A stretch of 64,000 nt of DNA from a virus (IMGVR_UViG_3300032285_001888:8934-72933); one strand, 5' to 3'. Positions 1 through 12,700 are shown, counted from the stretch's first letter. Notes: generated by a model from the sequence alone, not told the origin. Program-made: numbers and translations.

Positions 1-1
1 T

Positions 2-181
2 ACTGCACAACGCCCTGCATTTATTAATACCACAACAGGTATGATGCGTTTTAGTACAGAAAATCAATACGTTGAAGTTTATAACGGCACAGGTTGGACT
101 AGTGTTGCAGGTCTTAGCAGTGGTGTTACAGCTAGCCAAGCTAGCGACATAGCGTTAGGTGTTGTAATAAGTTTAGGATAA
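2..181 (+). CDS. 3' end of a virion structural/fibre protein (partial, runs off the left edge)
   Basis: Open frame from position 2, TAQRPAFINTTTGMMRFSTENQYVEVYNGTGWTSV...LG*, ending at TAA 179-181. The G-x-x-R-F...E-x-Y-x-G-x-x-W motif is typical of phage fibre C-termini. Confidence 0.7.
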   Translation, partial: TAQRPAFINTTTGMMRFSTENQYVEVYNGTGWTSVAGLSSGVTASQASDIALGVVISLG

Positions 182-184
182 ACA

Positions 185-736
185 ATGACCACAGTATTTA
201 AAAATTCAATTCAAAATAATATAAGTCCCCCACTATCTGTAACCACAGTAACAGCTAGTAGCCCCAGTGCAAACTATGTTACTTTAGGATTTGCCGCCCA
301 AGCAATTACACCATTTCCAATAGGATCATATATCTATGTTTCCGGTATAAGTGTGTCTGGGTACAACGGTTATCAAACCGTAACAGGAGCAACTCTTAGT
401 TCGGTAACTTATGCAAATACGACCACTGGTGCGGCAACAGGTGGTACTATCACTACAGTGTTATGGCAATCAAATGCCGGTGCTAAAACCACAGTTATCG
501 GGATAAGTCTTACAAATACCACTGCAAATATTATTACAGGGTCAGTTCAACTTCAAGACACAGTGGCATCGACTACAGCCTACTATGCAAATAACATAGT
601 TATACCTGGTTATCAAAGTTTAAGACTAGTATCTCAAGGAGAAAAACTTATCCTTGGGCCCAGTACAAATATGTTGATTACAACAAATACAGCCGGCAGT
701 CTTGATGCTATAGCAAGTTACGTTGAAATTAGTTAA
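185..736 (+). CDS. Small virion protein with an inserted ~70-aa beta module
   Basis: 183-aa ORF in the structural operon. The C-terminal half (TTVIGISLTN...IASYVEIS) resembles 23077..23448; the N-terminal insert matches a module repeated in the giant fibres. Confidence 0.65.
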   Translation: MTTVFKNSIQNNISPPLSVTTVTASSPSANYVTLGFAAQAITPFPIGSYIYVSGISVSGYNGYQTVTGATLSSVTYANTTTGAATGGTITTVLWQSNAGAKTTVIGISLTNTTANIITGSVQLQDTVASTTAYYANNIVIPGYQSLRLVSQGEKLILGPSTNMLITTNTAGSLDAIASYVEIS

Positions 737-747
737 AGGATAAAAGT

Positions 748-1128
748 ATGTCATACTATGTTGGTGGTGATCTAAACTCAAGCGATTTATTAGGCGAAGG
801 CAATCCCAGATATTTCTATGGATTACAACGTCTAGATGACGGTACACTTTATTTTTATAAAGTAGATCAAATAACATCTACAGCATCGATCCCGCTTAAC
901 GTGCCAGGATCAAGTGCTAACAACTTTGAAAACTTTGAATATGGAGTTGACTATTTTGACGGACGTAGTGCTACAACGCACACACGACCATATCCAAACT
1001 TAATTTTTGATCAGTATCGTTGGGACAGCAAAAACTGTTATTATTACATTGACAGTCAAGGTAACCTAGTAGTTCGAATAAATCAAACATACACGTATAC
1101 TCAATTGCAAACAGTGTCGGCAATCTAA
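748..1128 (+). CDS. Hypothetical virion-associated protein
   Basis: 126-aa ORF with an AAGGA Shine-Dalgarno sequence upstream, tightly packed in the structural operon. Confidence 0.7.
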   Translation: MSYYVGGDLNSSDLLGEGNPRYFYGLQRLDDGTLYFYKVDQITSTASIPLNVPGSSANNFENFEYGVDYFDGRSATTHTRPYPNLIFDQYRWDSKNCYYYIDSQGNLVVRINQTYTYTQLQTVSAI

Positions 1129-1143
1129 TAGGAAAAGAATAAC

Positions 1144-4100
1144 ATGGCAGCAGAATTTAAAATTGGCAGATTACGATTTACATGGCAAGGTCCGTGGACT
1201 CCTAATACTACCTATATCAAAGATGCGATAGTAAGCTATCAAGGTAAAACCTATGTTTGTTTAATCGCTAACACTAGTAACTCAACAAACTTTTATAATG
1301 ACCTGTACTATGTAACACAGTCTGGTGCAAGTACACCATTGTGGAATTTAATTATAGATGGTAAAACATTTACAGGCCAATGGGTTAGCGGTACAGCCTA
1401 TGCTCTTGGAAATATTGCAATCTTTGGTGGCCAGATTTATTATGCTAACACAAATCACACTGCTACAACCTTTGCTAGCCAAACATCCTATTGGACCTTG
1501 TACACTCAGTTTCCTAATTGGCACGTTTCTTGGACTATTAATACAGTTTACGGCATAGGTGATGTAGTCAAGTATGGCGGCATTGTTTATTCTTGTATTG
1601 CCAATCACACCAGCGCCGCAACTACCGCACTAGGATTAGAAGCTGATCAAGCAAGTTGGAAAATATTTTACAGCGGAGTAGAATATAAAGGTACATGGGC
1701 TAGTGGAACAAGATATAAAGTTAACGATCTTGCAAAACTAGGTGCCAACATTTATAAATGTGCAACTTCTAATGCAGATAATACATTTACATTGGCCAAC
1801 TGGAGTCTATGGTTGCCTGGTCTAGAGTATGCACCAACTAATCCGTGGAGCAATGGTGCAAACTATCAAGTAGGTGATGTAGTTGAGTACGGCGGTTACA
1901 CATATATTGGAAAAACAACTAACAACTCCGGCAATATTCCAAGTACTAGTGGTAGCAATTGGTCTTTGTTTACTCAAGGATTCTCATTCTCTGGAGAATG
2001 GAACAGTAATAGTAGTTACATAGTTGGAACCATAGTTCGCCGTCATGGAAGACTATATTCTGCCAACACAAATAATTCTAATCAAGACCCATCGGCATTT
2101 AGTATTGCAACTACCTATGTTGCTGCCGGAAGTTCTGGAACATTGCTAAACGTTGAATCTGGGATTGGTATCGCTCCGGGTATGTATGTAATAGGCAACG
2201 GGTTTACACAAGGACAAACTGTAGTTAGTGTAAGTGTTAACGCAATTACTCTAAGTGCCGGACCAGATTCAACAGCTACACTAACTGCTTCTCAGGCATT
2301 AAACTTTGTCGGTATCAACTATGCCTACTGGAATTTATTAATTCCAGGTACACAGTGGACTAAGACATGGGTACTCAACACTTTCTACACGGTAGGCGAT
2401 ATTGCCGTTTGGCAAAATACAACCTATGTATGTGTTCAAAGCCATACAGCAAGTCTTACTTCGGGAATCGGTCAAGCTATCAACAGACCAGACCTTGATA
2501 CTACAAATGCCTATTGGGTGATTTATGTAACTCATGCTAGAAAAAACGCCATGAACACCCAAGGCGATTTAGAATACTATACTAGTGCCTCATCGGGATA
2601 TACAGCATTACCAATTGGCACAAACTCATATTCGCTAAGAAGCACTAGTTCTACACCAACATGGACAAATATCAATACTGTAACAAACGTATACTACGTG
2701 TGCGCTACTACAGGACAAAATGCCGCAGGCTACGGATCTACATGGGACAAGCCATTTAAGAGCATAGCCTATGCATGTAATCTAGTAAGTGCAGGAACTC
2801 AGTATCCAAACACTGTGGCCTTATTGAATGCTAATAAGTCGTGGATTTTAGCAGAAATGATACAGTGGGCAAGATATCAAATTGCAAATAACATAAGTCC
2901 TTATACCTCAAGTTACGTATTAGATTCAACTAAAGCTTCTAGAGATGCTGGATATATTATAGATGCAATAGCATATGACCTAGGGCGTGGCGGTAATAGT
3001 CAAACTATCGCGGCAGCATTAAGTTTCTTTGCATTTAACCAAACTAATGTATTTTATAGTAGTGCAGTCGCTGTGGATGTGCCATATTACATTCCTATGT
3101 TGAACTACTTGTCTAGTTTGATTACCTATGCTATAACCCAGCAAGCACCAAGTCCGGTAGCAAGTTACCAAATAACTAATAGCATAACTCCGGTTATATA
3201 TCAAACTACCGGGTTATCCGGAGCAGAACCCTCTGTAACAGCCAATGGATTAGCACCAGCGTTATTAAACTATATTATTACAGCATTATCAACACAAAGT
3301 ACTTACGCATTGCCAAGTCCAAATACCGGTATTAGCATTACTATTTTTGTTAAAACTGGAACTTTCAGCGAACCGTTGCCGATATCGGTACCAGAAAATA
3401 CAGCTATTGTCGGCGACGAACTCCGAGGTGCTATTGTACAACCAGCTATTAGCATTAAAACAACAGCTACAGCTAGCAATTCTGTTACCAATACTTTTAC
3501 AGCAAGTAATATCAGCTTAATGACAGACCAAATGCCGGTGATGTTTGCTAATCCAATAATACAAAATGTCATCGGAACGACCTATGCAGGATTCGGCGGG
3601 ATAACAACCGGTCAAAAATACTATGTAGTAGGTTCAACAGTTAATAGCTCAACTAATCAGTTTGGTATAACAGGCACGACAGGAACCTACACTTATGTAT
3701 CGGCAGCTAACATATCTAGTGCAGGATCTACAGCAACATTTTCAGTTAGCGCACTAAGTACCGGATTGTATTCTGTGTCAGCGAGTTACGGTGGTACTGG
3801 TTATGTATCTGGAGACAGACTTAGAATCGCTGGCGGTATAGTTGGAGCGCCAACATTTGCGGCCACAGCACTAGTATCCGGACTAACCTACACCATCACG
3901 ACAGTTGGAACAACTACGTGGACTACTGGCGGCGCAGGCTATAATACCATTGGAACATCATTTGTATATAACGGTGCAACATTAACCGGTACTGGTACAG
4001 CAAATTTATCTGTAAATGACGTTAATATTGTAGTTAATACAATATCAGGTGCAGGAACAACTGGGCCAATTTTAGCAATTACTCCTTCGGGATCTACAGT

Positions 4101-7100
4101 GGTACAACTATCAACCTATGTTGGTGGAAACATGACCGTTTATGCCGGAGATAGTTTAAAAGACATGTTCCGTTTGCGTAATGGAACTGGTCTTCGTAAC
4201 ATGACATTCAACGGACTAGTAGGTACACTAGGACAAATTGACAGTAATCTAATCCAACGTCCTACTGGAGGAAGCTACGCATGTTTAGATCCAGGTACTG
4301 GACCTAACGATACAACAGCTTGGATTTTCCGTCGTAGTCCTTATGTACAAAACGTTACTGCTTTTGGCGACGGCTGTACCGCTCTTAAGATCGACGGTAC
4401 CCTACATAACGGTGGAAATAAATCAATAGTATGTAACGATTTTACTCACATTGTCAACGACGGAATTGGAATATGGTGTACCGGACCAGGAGCGTTAACT
4501 GAAGCGGTATCTGTGTTCTCATACTACGGCTATTCAGGTTATATGGCCGAAGCAGGTGGACGTATTCGTGCTACCAACGGTAACTCATCATACGGAATAT
4601 ATGGTGTTATTGCAACCGGTTATGATATAACAGAAAGTCCTGCTACTGGAATTATATTCAATCAGTCGTCTCAAATACAAGCTACAGTTCAAAGTTCATA
4701 CGGCTCGTCTGCACAGTTATTGAGACTAAGCTATGCAAATGCAGGGTCTGCGTATTACATACCAACTACAAACTTGTTAAATTACAGCAATAACTTTATT
4801 GGAGCAAATTGGACATCAGACGGTAATGTTGTTTTCAGTAAAAATACTACATCACTAACAGGTAATACCGAAGCATGGACTTTGCAAGGTCTGACATCGG
4901 GTCCTGACGGAAGTTATGTTTATCAAAATATTGCTATTCCTGCTGCCGGTGCAACATACTCGTCTGTTAGTGCAGTTAACGTAAGCGGTACTGGACTAGG
5001 TGCAACATTCAATATTACAGTAACTAGTACAGCCTATATAGTTACTACAAGCAGTCCGGGAAGCGGTTATGTTTCCGGCAATCAACTTTTTGTTTCCGGC
5101 GGCCAACTAGGTGGTGTTAACAGTGTAAACGATTGCGTTATTACAGTATTTTCATTAAGTGGCGGTAGCGGAATAGGAACAGTGACTGCCACAGGTACTG
5201 TACCTGTTAATAGTGCTTTAAATTATACTGTTAGTCTTTATGTTAAACAAGGAACAGCTAGCAGTATTGATGTGTACGGACTATTTACTGGAAGTAATTC
5301 TTTAACCAGCGGAATTAACTATAATTTTGTAACAGGTGCAGTGACTTCTAAAAATATTCCAGTATCAGGATCTAGTGCAGGGTTCTTACCAGTGCAGTAT
5401 GGAGCCATTAATCAAGCTATCGCCAGTACCGGCAATACCGTTGGTTGGTATAGACTATGGATGACGATCAATGACACCACTGGTTTAAACTCAAATTTAC
5501 AATTTAGAATTTACCCAAGGGGTTACTCTGGTACGGCAGGGCAATATACCTATGTATATGGAGCTCAAGTTGAGCTTTCTACGAGTACATACAAGCCAAA
5601 TTTCTATCTCGAAGTGGCATCAACTTCAAAATATACAGCGTATGCTAATCTAAACATTACAGGATCGGGAACTGGAGTAGTTACTATTGCTGACGAAGTA
5701 AGAAGTGCTAGCGTATTCCAGACCTATGTAACTACAGATTCAACAGGTATAACAGGTGGTGCTGGCTACTTAACAGCTAGTAATAATGCTCAAAGCGGTA
5801 CCAATCAATACGTACAGTTATCAACATCTGATACAAATACAAATGCAAATTATACTGGAATGCGTGTGTTTATTAATAGCGGAACTGGTGCTGGACAGTA
5901 CGGTTATATTAGCTATTTTGATAGTCGTACAACTGGAGGCACTCCAAAATTTGCATGGGTGTTGAAAGAATCATTTACTAGTCTGCAGATAATCAGTACA
6001 AATCAGGGAACTGGTTTGTTTACACTAAATGCAACTTCTAATACTAGCACCCTTTATCTAAATCAGCCAGTGCAGTTTATCCCAACATACTACACTACTG
6101 TGGTAGGATCAACTAATTTATTACAAACTTTTGTAAGATCTGCAAAGGGCGGAACAGACAATTATTTTACTTGCGACAGTACGTTAGGACTTGCAGGTAA
6201 TATGGCTGTTACATTCAGTGCCCAAGTAGGACAAGCTATATTCAGTAACGTGGTTGCAGGCTATACTTATTATGTTGTTCCTGGAACAATTACAAGCACC
6301 ACATTCCAAATAAGTGCAAACTACGCCGGAACTGTTTATCAGCTAAACAGTGTTAATAGCGGAACAATGGTAATGAACTTTACTGCAAATAATAATTACC
6401 TACAAGCTAACACACTTAATATGGTTGTAAATTATCCGATTCAATTTACAGGAACAGCATTGGGTGGAGTTTCTGATAGTGTAGTTTATTATATCAATGA
6501 AATTATTGACGCAAATAATTTTACTATTTCAACAACACTAGTAACGGCTACTGCAACTGCAACTACTGCAGGATCTACTACAGGATTGGCCTATAACTAT
6601 TGGGGATCAAATCCTCCATTACTAACAGTCAATTCTACAAGTTCTTTAATACCATTGAATCCTATACTCTTTACTAACACAGTATTTGATCAAGTAGTAG
6701 ATAGTCAAAAATACTATATTGCAAGTATACAAGATTCGACACATATTACTATAGCATCATCATTGCTATCAGTAAATATGACAGCTACTGCTACAGGTAC
6801 TAATCTTATTACGGTTGCAAGTACAACAGGATTCCAACAAAATCAGCCTATTGTATTCTATGGAACTACGTGGGAAACAAACTTAATTTCAGGAACTATC
6901 TACTATATTCTAGCGGTCAACAGCGTAGGAACTAATGGAACATTTACCATAAGTCAAACACCTGGTGCTGGAGCAATACAGATGAATGGCGGCACCGGAC
7001 TCATGACTGCAAAAACATGCCCGGCTGCGCTTCAGTTTACCGGTGGTCTAACAGGCACTATGACTGGCAGTAGTACTAATACTGTAAAAACCTTGACTCT

Positions 7101-9672
7101 GAGTAGTTCAGGCGCTATGACTGCTACGTTCTCGACTAGTTTATTTGGAGGATCGAGTGTTACTATTGGACAGACATATTATGTGCAATCGATTCCTAGT
7201 ACTACTGGAAGCACTTTTGGTGTTTCACTAGCACAAGGCACAATAAGCGGCACATCAACATCGGCTACCCCAATATCATTACAGACTAAAACTGGATCAA
7301 TGAATGTGGCCGCGGTTGGGTGGGATCATATTAATCCTGGAACGCAGATTGCATCTGTGCTAGATAACTCAAGTACGTATTTTATTGAGCCACTCTTAAC
7401 TTATCTTGCTCCTGCATTCGGCCAAACAACTTATACAAGTGCTGTAGCATTAGGAGCCGCAAGTTGGACTTCAATGGCCTACGGATTAAACTACTGGATA
7501 GCGATGCCAAGCACGGGGCAGACTGCCGCAGGGTCGAGCGACGGGCAAACATGGACTAGTTTAAGTCTACCGTCGAGTCAAACATGGACTGGAATAGCAT
7601 ACGGTAACGGTTACTATGTTGCTGTTGCTAGCGGATATGGAAGTGCTATTGTTAGTAAAGGAGCAGGTCTAGGATGGAGAGTTAACGCACTAACAACTTC
7701 AACTACTTGGTCAAATATTGTCTACGGTAATGGCACATTTGTTGCTTTTGCATCTGGAACCAATACAGGAGCATATAGTACTAACTACGGATCAACATGG
7801 ACTAGCTGTCAAACATTTTCAAATCTAACAATTACCGGATTCACAGTTAGTGGCGGAACAGCTACAGCAACGTTTGCTACACAACCTTTTGCTCCATTTA
7901 CAACTTCCTCGACAATTACAGTATCAGGATTTAGCCCTTTACAAACCACCGGAACAGTTAATAACGTTAACGGAACATTTACAGTTGCTAGTTGTTCTAC
8001 AACACAGGTTACATTTGCCTTAACTGGAACATATACATCGAGTATTCTAGGAACAATTAGCGGATTCCGTACAGGCTTACCTACTAGTAGTACCTGGACC
8101 AGCATGGCCTATGGTAACGGATTATTTGTGGCAATTGCTTCTGGTAGTGCTGCCGCGGCCTATAGCACAGACGGAAGAACATGGATTGCAAGCACTTTAC
8201 CTGCTAGTAGCACCTGGACTAGTGTTGCTTACGGTCAACAAACATTTGTTGCAGTTAGTAGCACAACTAGAACACCGGCTTATACACAAGATGGAAAAAC
8301 TTGGTACAGCAGTAATATCGCTATAACAGCTTCTGTAGTTGTGTATGGGCAAGGAGTATGGACTGCATTAAACAGCGGAACTACTGTGGCTTATACAACT
8401 GAAGATTGTCTACAATGGACCTATCAAGCCGTAGCTTCGCAGTTATATAATACGTGTACAGCATTTGGAATAACAGCATCAACTTATATGGGTGTTATAC
8501 CCGGATTATCTGGTCAAAGTGTTGGTAGTATAATTAGTGCAGGCTGTAGAACTAAAGGTAGGGCATCAGTTACTTCGGGAATCATTACTAGTGTTAGTGA
8601 ATTTGAGCCAGGCTCGGGATATGTTATGGGAGGAGTAAGTTCAACATTTGCTACTCCAAGTTTAACAGTTACAGATCCAAACGTGACTACTACGGTTACA
8701 ACACTTCAACGTGTTAGCAACGGTACACTAAGTAGTCCAAGCTTCTATAACAAAGGCGCAGGATATAATAGTAATTCTACAGTAGTACTAGTCACAGGCT
8801 CGGGATATGCTGATCAATATCAAATAGGACTAACTGTTATTTTAAATAACCTATCGAGATTGCCTAGCCCTGGTGATAACTTAACCATAGCAGGCATTAG
8901 TCAAATATATAAAGTTACTAGTGCCTATGCAGTATTTGGAACCAGTGCACCTAACTACGAAGCCAACGTTGCTGTAAGTCCTGCAATTACAACTGCTAAT
9001 GCAACTGCAAATGGTACCATAGTGAGCATCCGTACAAAATATAGTCAAGCTCGACTAACAAATCACGACTTCTTGTATATCGGATCGGGAGATTTAATTG
9101 CATCGCTGTATCCAGCAACCAGTAATGCTCTAGCATTTCCTAATAATCAAACAGTTGAAGCTAACTATGGTCGTGTGTTCTACACCAGTACTGACCAAGA
9201 CGGTAACTTCAAAGTTGGTAGTTTATTTGGAGTACAACAAGCAACAGGTATTGTTACATTGAGTGCAAGTCAATTTGGACTAACTGGATTGAATAGTTTG
9301 AGTCTAGGCGGTATCAGTGTAGGCGGATCAAGCGTGGTTATTCAACAATTCAGTACAGACAGCACGTTCAGCGCCAACAGTGATGCAGTGGTCCCAACAC
9401 AAAAAGCTATTAAGACATACTTAACCAGTCGATTGAGCCAAGGTGGCGCAAATACATTTACAGGACAACTAACGGCAGGTACCGTTGTAGTCGGAGGTCC
9501 TAACTATATTAAATCTACAATTCCAAACGGCGTCACAGGGTCTAATGTAAAAATGGCACAGAAGGTGTACTTTGGACAAAGCCCAGGTCTCGGAGCAGTT
9601 AACGTAGGCGTCGACGGTAATATGGCGGCATTGGACTTTTTTGCTAGAAATGCATTCCGCAGAAACAGCTAA
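1144..9672 (+). CDS. Giant modular virion fibre/adhesin protein A (CBM5/12-like Trp repeats, beta-helix region, propeller-like repeats)
   Basis: 2842 aa. N-terminal W-x4-Y-x3-D-x-V-x-Y-x-G-x2-Y-x-C repeats, VGDELR and SPYVQNVT beta-helix-type segments, W-x-x-x-AYGNG-x-FVA repeats, and a C-terminal HDFLYIG...GRVFYTSTDQDGNF block shared with the next gene. Confidence 0.8.
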   Translation: MAAEFKIGRLRFTWQGPWTPNTTYIKDAIVSYQGKTYVCLIANTSNSTNFYNDLYYVTQSGASTPLWNLIIDGKTFTGQWVSGTAYALGNIAIFGGQIYYANTNHTATTFASQTSYWTLYTQFPNWHVSWTINTVYGIGDVVKYGGIVYSCIANHTSAATTALGLEADQASWKIFYSGVEYKGTWASGTRYKVNDLAKLGANIYKCATSNADNTFTLANWSLWLPGLEYAPTNPWSNGANYQVGDVVEYGGYTYIGKTTNNSGNIPSTSGSNWSLFTQGFSFSGEWNSNSSYIVGTIVRRHGRLYSANTNNSNQDPSAFSIATTYVAAGSSGTLLNVESGIGIAPGMYVIGNGFTQGQTVVSVSVNAITLSAGPDSTATLTASQALNFVGINYAYWNLLIPGTQWTKTWVLNTFYTVGDIAVWQNTTYVCVQSHTASLTSGIGQAINRPDLDTTNAYWVIYVTHARKNAMNTQGDLEYYTSASSGYTALPIGTNSYSLRSTSSTPTWTNINTVTNVYYVCATTGQNAAGYGSTWDKPFKSIAYACNLVSAGTQYPNTVALLNANKSWILAEMIQWARYQIANNISPYTSSYVLDSTKASRDAGYIIDAIAYDLGRGGNSQTIAAALSFFAFNQTNVFYSSAVAVDVPYYIPMLNYLSSLITYAITQQAPSPVASYQITNSITPVIYQTTGLSGAEPSVTANGLAPALLNYIITALSTQSTYALPSPNTGISITIFVKTGTFSEPLPISVPENTAIVGDELRGAIVQPAISIKTTATASNSVTNTFTASNISLMTDQMPVMFANPIIQNVIGTTYAGFGGITTGQKYYVVGSTVNSSTNQFGITGTTGTYTYVSAANISSAGSTATFSVSALSTGLYSVSASYGGTGYVSGDRLRIAGGIVGAPTFAATALVSGLTYTITTVGTTTWTTGGAGYNTIGTSFVYNGATLTGTGTANLSVNDVNIVVNTISGAGTTGPILAITPSGSTVVQLSTYVGGNMTVYAGDSLKDMFRLRNGTGLRNMTFNGLVGTLGQIDSNLIQRPTGGSYACLDPGTGPNDTTAWIFRRSPYVQNVTAFGDGCTALKIDGTLHNGGNKSIVCNDFTHIVNDGIGIWCTGPGALTEAVSVFSYYGYSGYMAEAGGRIRATNGNSSYGIYGVIATGYDITESPATGIIFNQSSQIQATVQSSYGSSAQLLRLSYANAGSAYYIPTTNLLNYSNNFIGANWTSDGNVVFSKNTTSLTGNTEAWTLQGLTSGPDGSYVYQNIAIPAAGATYSSVSAVNVSGTGLGATFNITVTSTAYIVTTSSPGSGYVSGNQLFVSGGQLGGVNSVNDCVITVFSLSGGSGIGTVTATGTVPVNSALNYTVSLYVKQGTASSIDVYGLFTGSNSLTSGINYNFVTGAVTSKNIPVSGSSAGFLPVQYGAINQAIASTGNTVGWYRLWMTINDTTGLNSNLQFRIYPRGYSGTAGQYTYVYGAQVELSTSTYKPNFYLEVASTSKYTAYANLNITGSGTGVVTIADEVRSASVFQTYVTTDSTGITGGAGYLTASNNAQSGTNQYVQLSTSDTNTNANYTGMRVFINSGTGAGQYGYISYFDSRTTGGTPKFAWVLKESFTSLQIISTNQGTGLFTLNATSNTSTLYLNQPVQFIPTYYTTVVGSTNLLQTFVRSAKGGTDNYFTCDSTLGLAGNMAVTFSAQVGQAIFSNVVAGYTYYVVPGTITSTTFQISANYAGTVYQLNSVNSGTMVMNFTANNNYLQANTLNMVVNYPIQFTGTALGGVSDSVVYYINEIIDANNFTISTTLVTATATATTAGSTTGLAYNYWGSNPPLLTVNSTSSLIPLNPILFTNTVFDQVVDSQKYYIASIQDSTHITIASSLLSVNMTATATGTNLITVASTTGFQQNQPIVFYGTTWETNLISGTIYYILAVNSVGTNGTFTISQTPGAGAIQMNGGTGLMTAKTCPAALQFTGGLTGTMTGSSTNTVKTLTLSSSGAMTATFSTSLFGGSSVTIGQTYYVQSIPSTTGSTFGVSLAQGTISGTSTSATPISLQTKTGSMNVAAVGWDHINPGTQIASVLDNSSTYFIEPLLTYLAPAFGQTTYTSAVALGAASWTSMAYGLNYWIAMPSTGQTAAGSSDGQTWTSLSLPSSQTWTGIAYGNGYYVAVASGYGSAIVSKGAGLGWRVNALTTSTTWSNIVYGNGTFVAFASGTNTGAYSTNYGSTWTSCQTFSNLTITGFTVSGGTATATFATQPFAPFTTSSTITVSGFSPLQTTGTVNNVNGTFTVASCSTTQVTFALTGTYTSSILGTISGFRTGLPTSSTWTSMAYGNGLFVAIASGSAAAAYSTDGRTWIASTLPASSTWTSVAYGQQTFVAVSSTTRTPAYTQDGKTWYSSNIAITASVVVYGQGVWTALNSGTTVAYTTEDCLQWTYQAVASQLYNTCTAFGITASTYMGVIPGLSGQSVGSIISAGCRTKGRASVTSGIITSVSEFEPGSGYVMGGVSSTFATPSLTVTDPNVTTTVTTLQRVSNGTLSSPSFYNKGAGYNSNSTVVLVTGSGYADQYQIGLTVILNNLSRLPSPGDNLTIAGISQIYKVTSAYAVFGTSAPNYEANVAVSPAITTANATANGTIVSIRTKYSQARLTNHDFLYIGSGDLIASLYPATSNALAFPNNQTVEANYGRVFYTSTDQDGNFKVGSLFGVQQATGIVTLSASQFGLTGLNSLSLGGISVGGSSVVIQQFSTDSTFSANSDAVVPTQKAIKTYLTSRLSQGGANTFTGQLTAGTVVVGGPNYIKSTIPNGVTGSNVKMAQKVYFGQSPGLGAVNVGVDGNMAALDFFARNAFRRNS

Positions 9673-9692
9673 AAACTATAAAAAGCAAATCA

Positions 9693-9700
9693 TATAAATA
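9693..9700 (+). promoter_or_regulatory. T4-type late promoter TATAAATA
   Basis: Exact T4 late consensus in the intergenic gap, followed by the SD GAGGA and the ATG at 9721. Confidence 0.7.
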
Positions 9701-9720
9701 CTATCAGAGGATGATAAAAA

Positions 9721-12700
9721 ATGGCAGAATATAAACTAGGTAGAATTAAACCTGTATATCAAGGATCATGGACCGCAGGCGGATCATATGTAGTTGACGA
9801 TATTGTTACAGTAGGTGGAAAAACCTATATTTGTGTAATATCTAACACAGCGTCTGGCTCTTTCAATACAGATTTAACTGCAAATCCGTCACTATGGAAC
9901 ATAATTGCAGACGGAAGTACTTGGCGCGGAACATGGCAAAATGCTACTACTTATAATATAGGTGACTTAGCATTGTATGGCGGAGTGCTTTATCAAGCTA
10001 CAACAGCACACTCTAGTACTAGTGCTACTGCTACAATAACCGCTGCCACAGCTAGTGCTAACGGTAGCACAGCAACAATTGGTTTTGCTCAACAAGTAGT
10101 ACAACCATACCTAGTTGGAGCAACTATCACAGTTGCCGGATTCTCATCACAAACAGCATTTAATGGATCATTTACTGTAACAGCATGTACAACGACTACA
10201 GTAAGTTATACTCTAGCACAGACATTAACTGGTACAACAATGGGTACTGTAACTGGCCCAAGTCAATTAGGGTTAGAAAATAGTCAGTATAATGCTATCA
10301 GCGGAGTATCAATTGGTGCTAACGGAACATTTGCAGGCTCAGCAACATTAAACGTAGGTATGGCAGTTGTTGTTAGTGGAACTAGCAGTAACGGAAGCAT
10401 TACAGGTTATACTAATCCTACAACATATTATATCATTGCAACTAATGGTGTTAACACAGGATTTACTCTAAGTGCTACTCAGGGCGGAGCTCCGGTTGGA
10501 ACTGTTGCAGGCACCGGTGCTGGACTAACATTCAACATAGCATATTGGGTTCCATATTCAAGCAATATCAATTGGATTGGTGCTTGGACAACTAATACAC
10601 GCTATAAATTAAACGACTTAGTTAGCTACGGTGGTTACACTTATGTTTGTAATCTAGCACACGTATCAGCTAATACAGCAACCTTAGGACTAGAACAAGA
10701 CCAAAGTAAGTGGTCAACATTTAATGCTGGAATATTTTATCAAGGAAGTTGGAGTTCATCAAGTGTTCGCTATCGTGTAAACGACGTAGTAACCTATGGT
10801 GCAGATCTTTGGATTTGTACAACTGCTCATACATCTAGCACATCATTCGCATCTGCTAACTTTAGTTTGTTTGTTGCAGGTTTTGAATATTTAAACTCAT
10901 GGAGCGCAAGCACTACTTACGTTCAAGGTGACGTAGTTAGTTATGGTGGTAATACATATATTGCCCTACAAAATCATTCAGGTCAAACTCCAAGTACTGC
11001 ACTCACATACTGGCAACCATTTACAACCGGTTTAACATTTGCCGGTGCATGGACAACAACTCCAACTGGGATACAAACAGGACAAACTGGTTATAGAATC
11101 GGAGATGTTGTAACTGTTGACGGTTATACATATCTAGCAGTTGCTGATAACGCTGTACAAACTGTAACAGCAACAGCAGTAACTAATCCAACAGCTACAA
11201 TGCCTTCGACTACTATAAGTACTCTTGGTGCGTTAAACATCGGCGGAACTGTAACAGGTACTGTTGCTATTGGCATGTATCTAAGTGGCGGTGGGCTAAC
11301 AACTAACACATATTACATCACAGGCGGAAGCGGAACAAGTTGGACAACTAACTATACCGGTACAGCTATTGCTAGTACTACTATCACAGGTACACATAAT
11401 TTAGTTAGTTTACCAAGTATTATAATAACAGCCGCGAGCGCATCAGGCGGAACTGCTACATTAACCTATGCTACACAATCAGCTGTACCGTTTGTTGCAG
11501 GACAATACATCACTGTTGCAGGTGTTACACCAGCAGGATTTAACGGAACGTATGTTGTTACAGGTTCACCTACCACAACACAAGTAACTTATGCACTAAC
11601 TGGTACACTTACTGGATCAGCATTTGGTACAGTTGCTGGAACTACAACTAACTTGGTAACAGGATTACCAATTACTTTTGGATCAGCACTAGGCGGATTA
11701 TTAACAACTCAACAATACTATGTAAGAGATATCCCAACAGGCGGCACAACATTTAGTGTCAGCACAACATCGGGCGGAGTTCCTGTACTATTAACAGCAT
11801 CTTCAGCAAATACAACACTGGGTACAACAAATCCAAAACCACCATTTGCAACCTATTGGGGACAACTAAACTCTGGTATTAAGTGGAATCCTAGTTACAA
11901 TACATATACCGGTCTTAGTGCTACAAACGTAACAGGTACAGGTGTAGGCGCACAATTTACAGTGCTAGCTAGAAATACAACATATACTGTCACAGTAACT
12001 AACGGCGGATCTGGATATTCGCAGACTGCAGGCTCTAACACAATTAAGATCCTAGGTACAAGCCTAGGCGGTGTGAGCCCAGCCAACGATCTAACCATGA
12101 CTATCTCATCAGTTGCTAGCGGTGTAATTCAAACTGGCGGAGTGACTGTAGTTGGTATCAGTGTAACATGGGCGAGCTCAACAACTTATGTTGCAGGCGA
12201 CACAGTACTATGGGGAGTTAGTACATATATTTGTATACTAGCACACGTAGGCGCTACAGGAAATCGTCCTGATAATGACACAACAGGTACATATTGGAAC
12301 TTGATGGCATCCGGTACAGAACAAGCTGTTCTTACCACACAAGGTGACATGTTCTATTATGGATCTACTGGTCCGACACGACTACCGATTGGTACAGACG
12401 GTCAAATTCTCCGTGTTAACAATAATATTCCAGCATGGCAATATTATGGTCAAATTAATAATTTAGTTTATGTTTCACCTGCCGGCTCAGACGTTACTAC
12501 TGCTGGACAAGGTACAACTATTGATAAGCCTTGGCAAAGTGTTCGTTATGCTTGCCAACAAGTAGAAGATGGTTACTTAAATCCTAATACTAAATTCTTA
12601 ATGACTGCTAATAAACAGTTTATGATGAAAGAAGTTAATAACTATATCTATTATCAATATAGTGTTAACGTAACAGGAACTTCAAGCAATACTATAACCG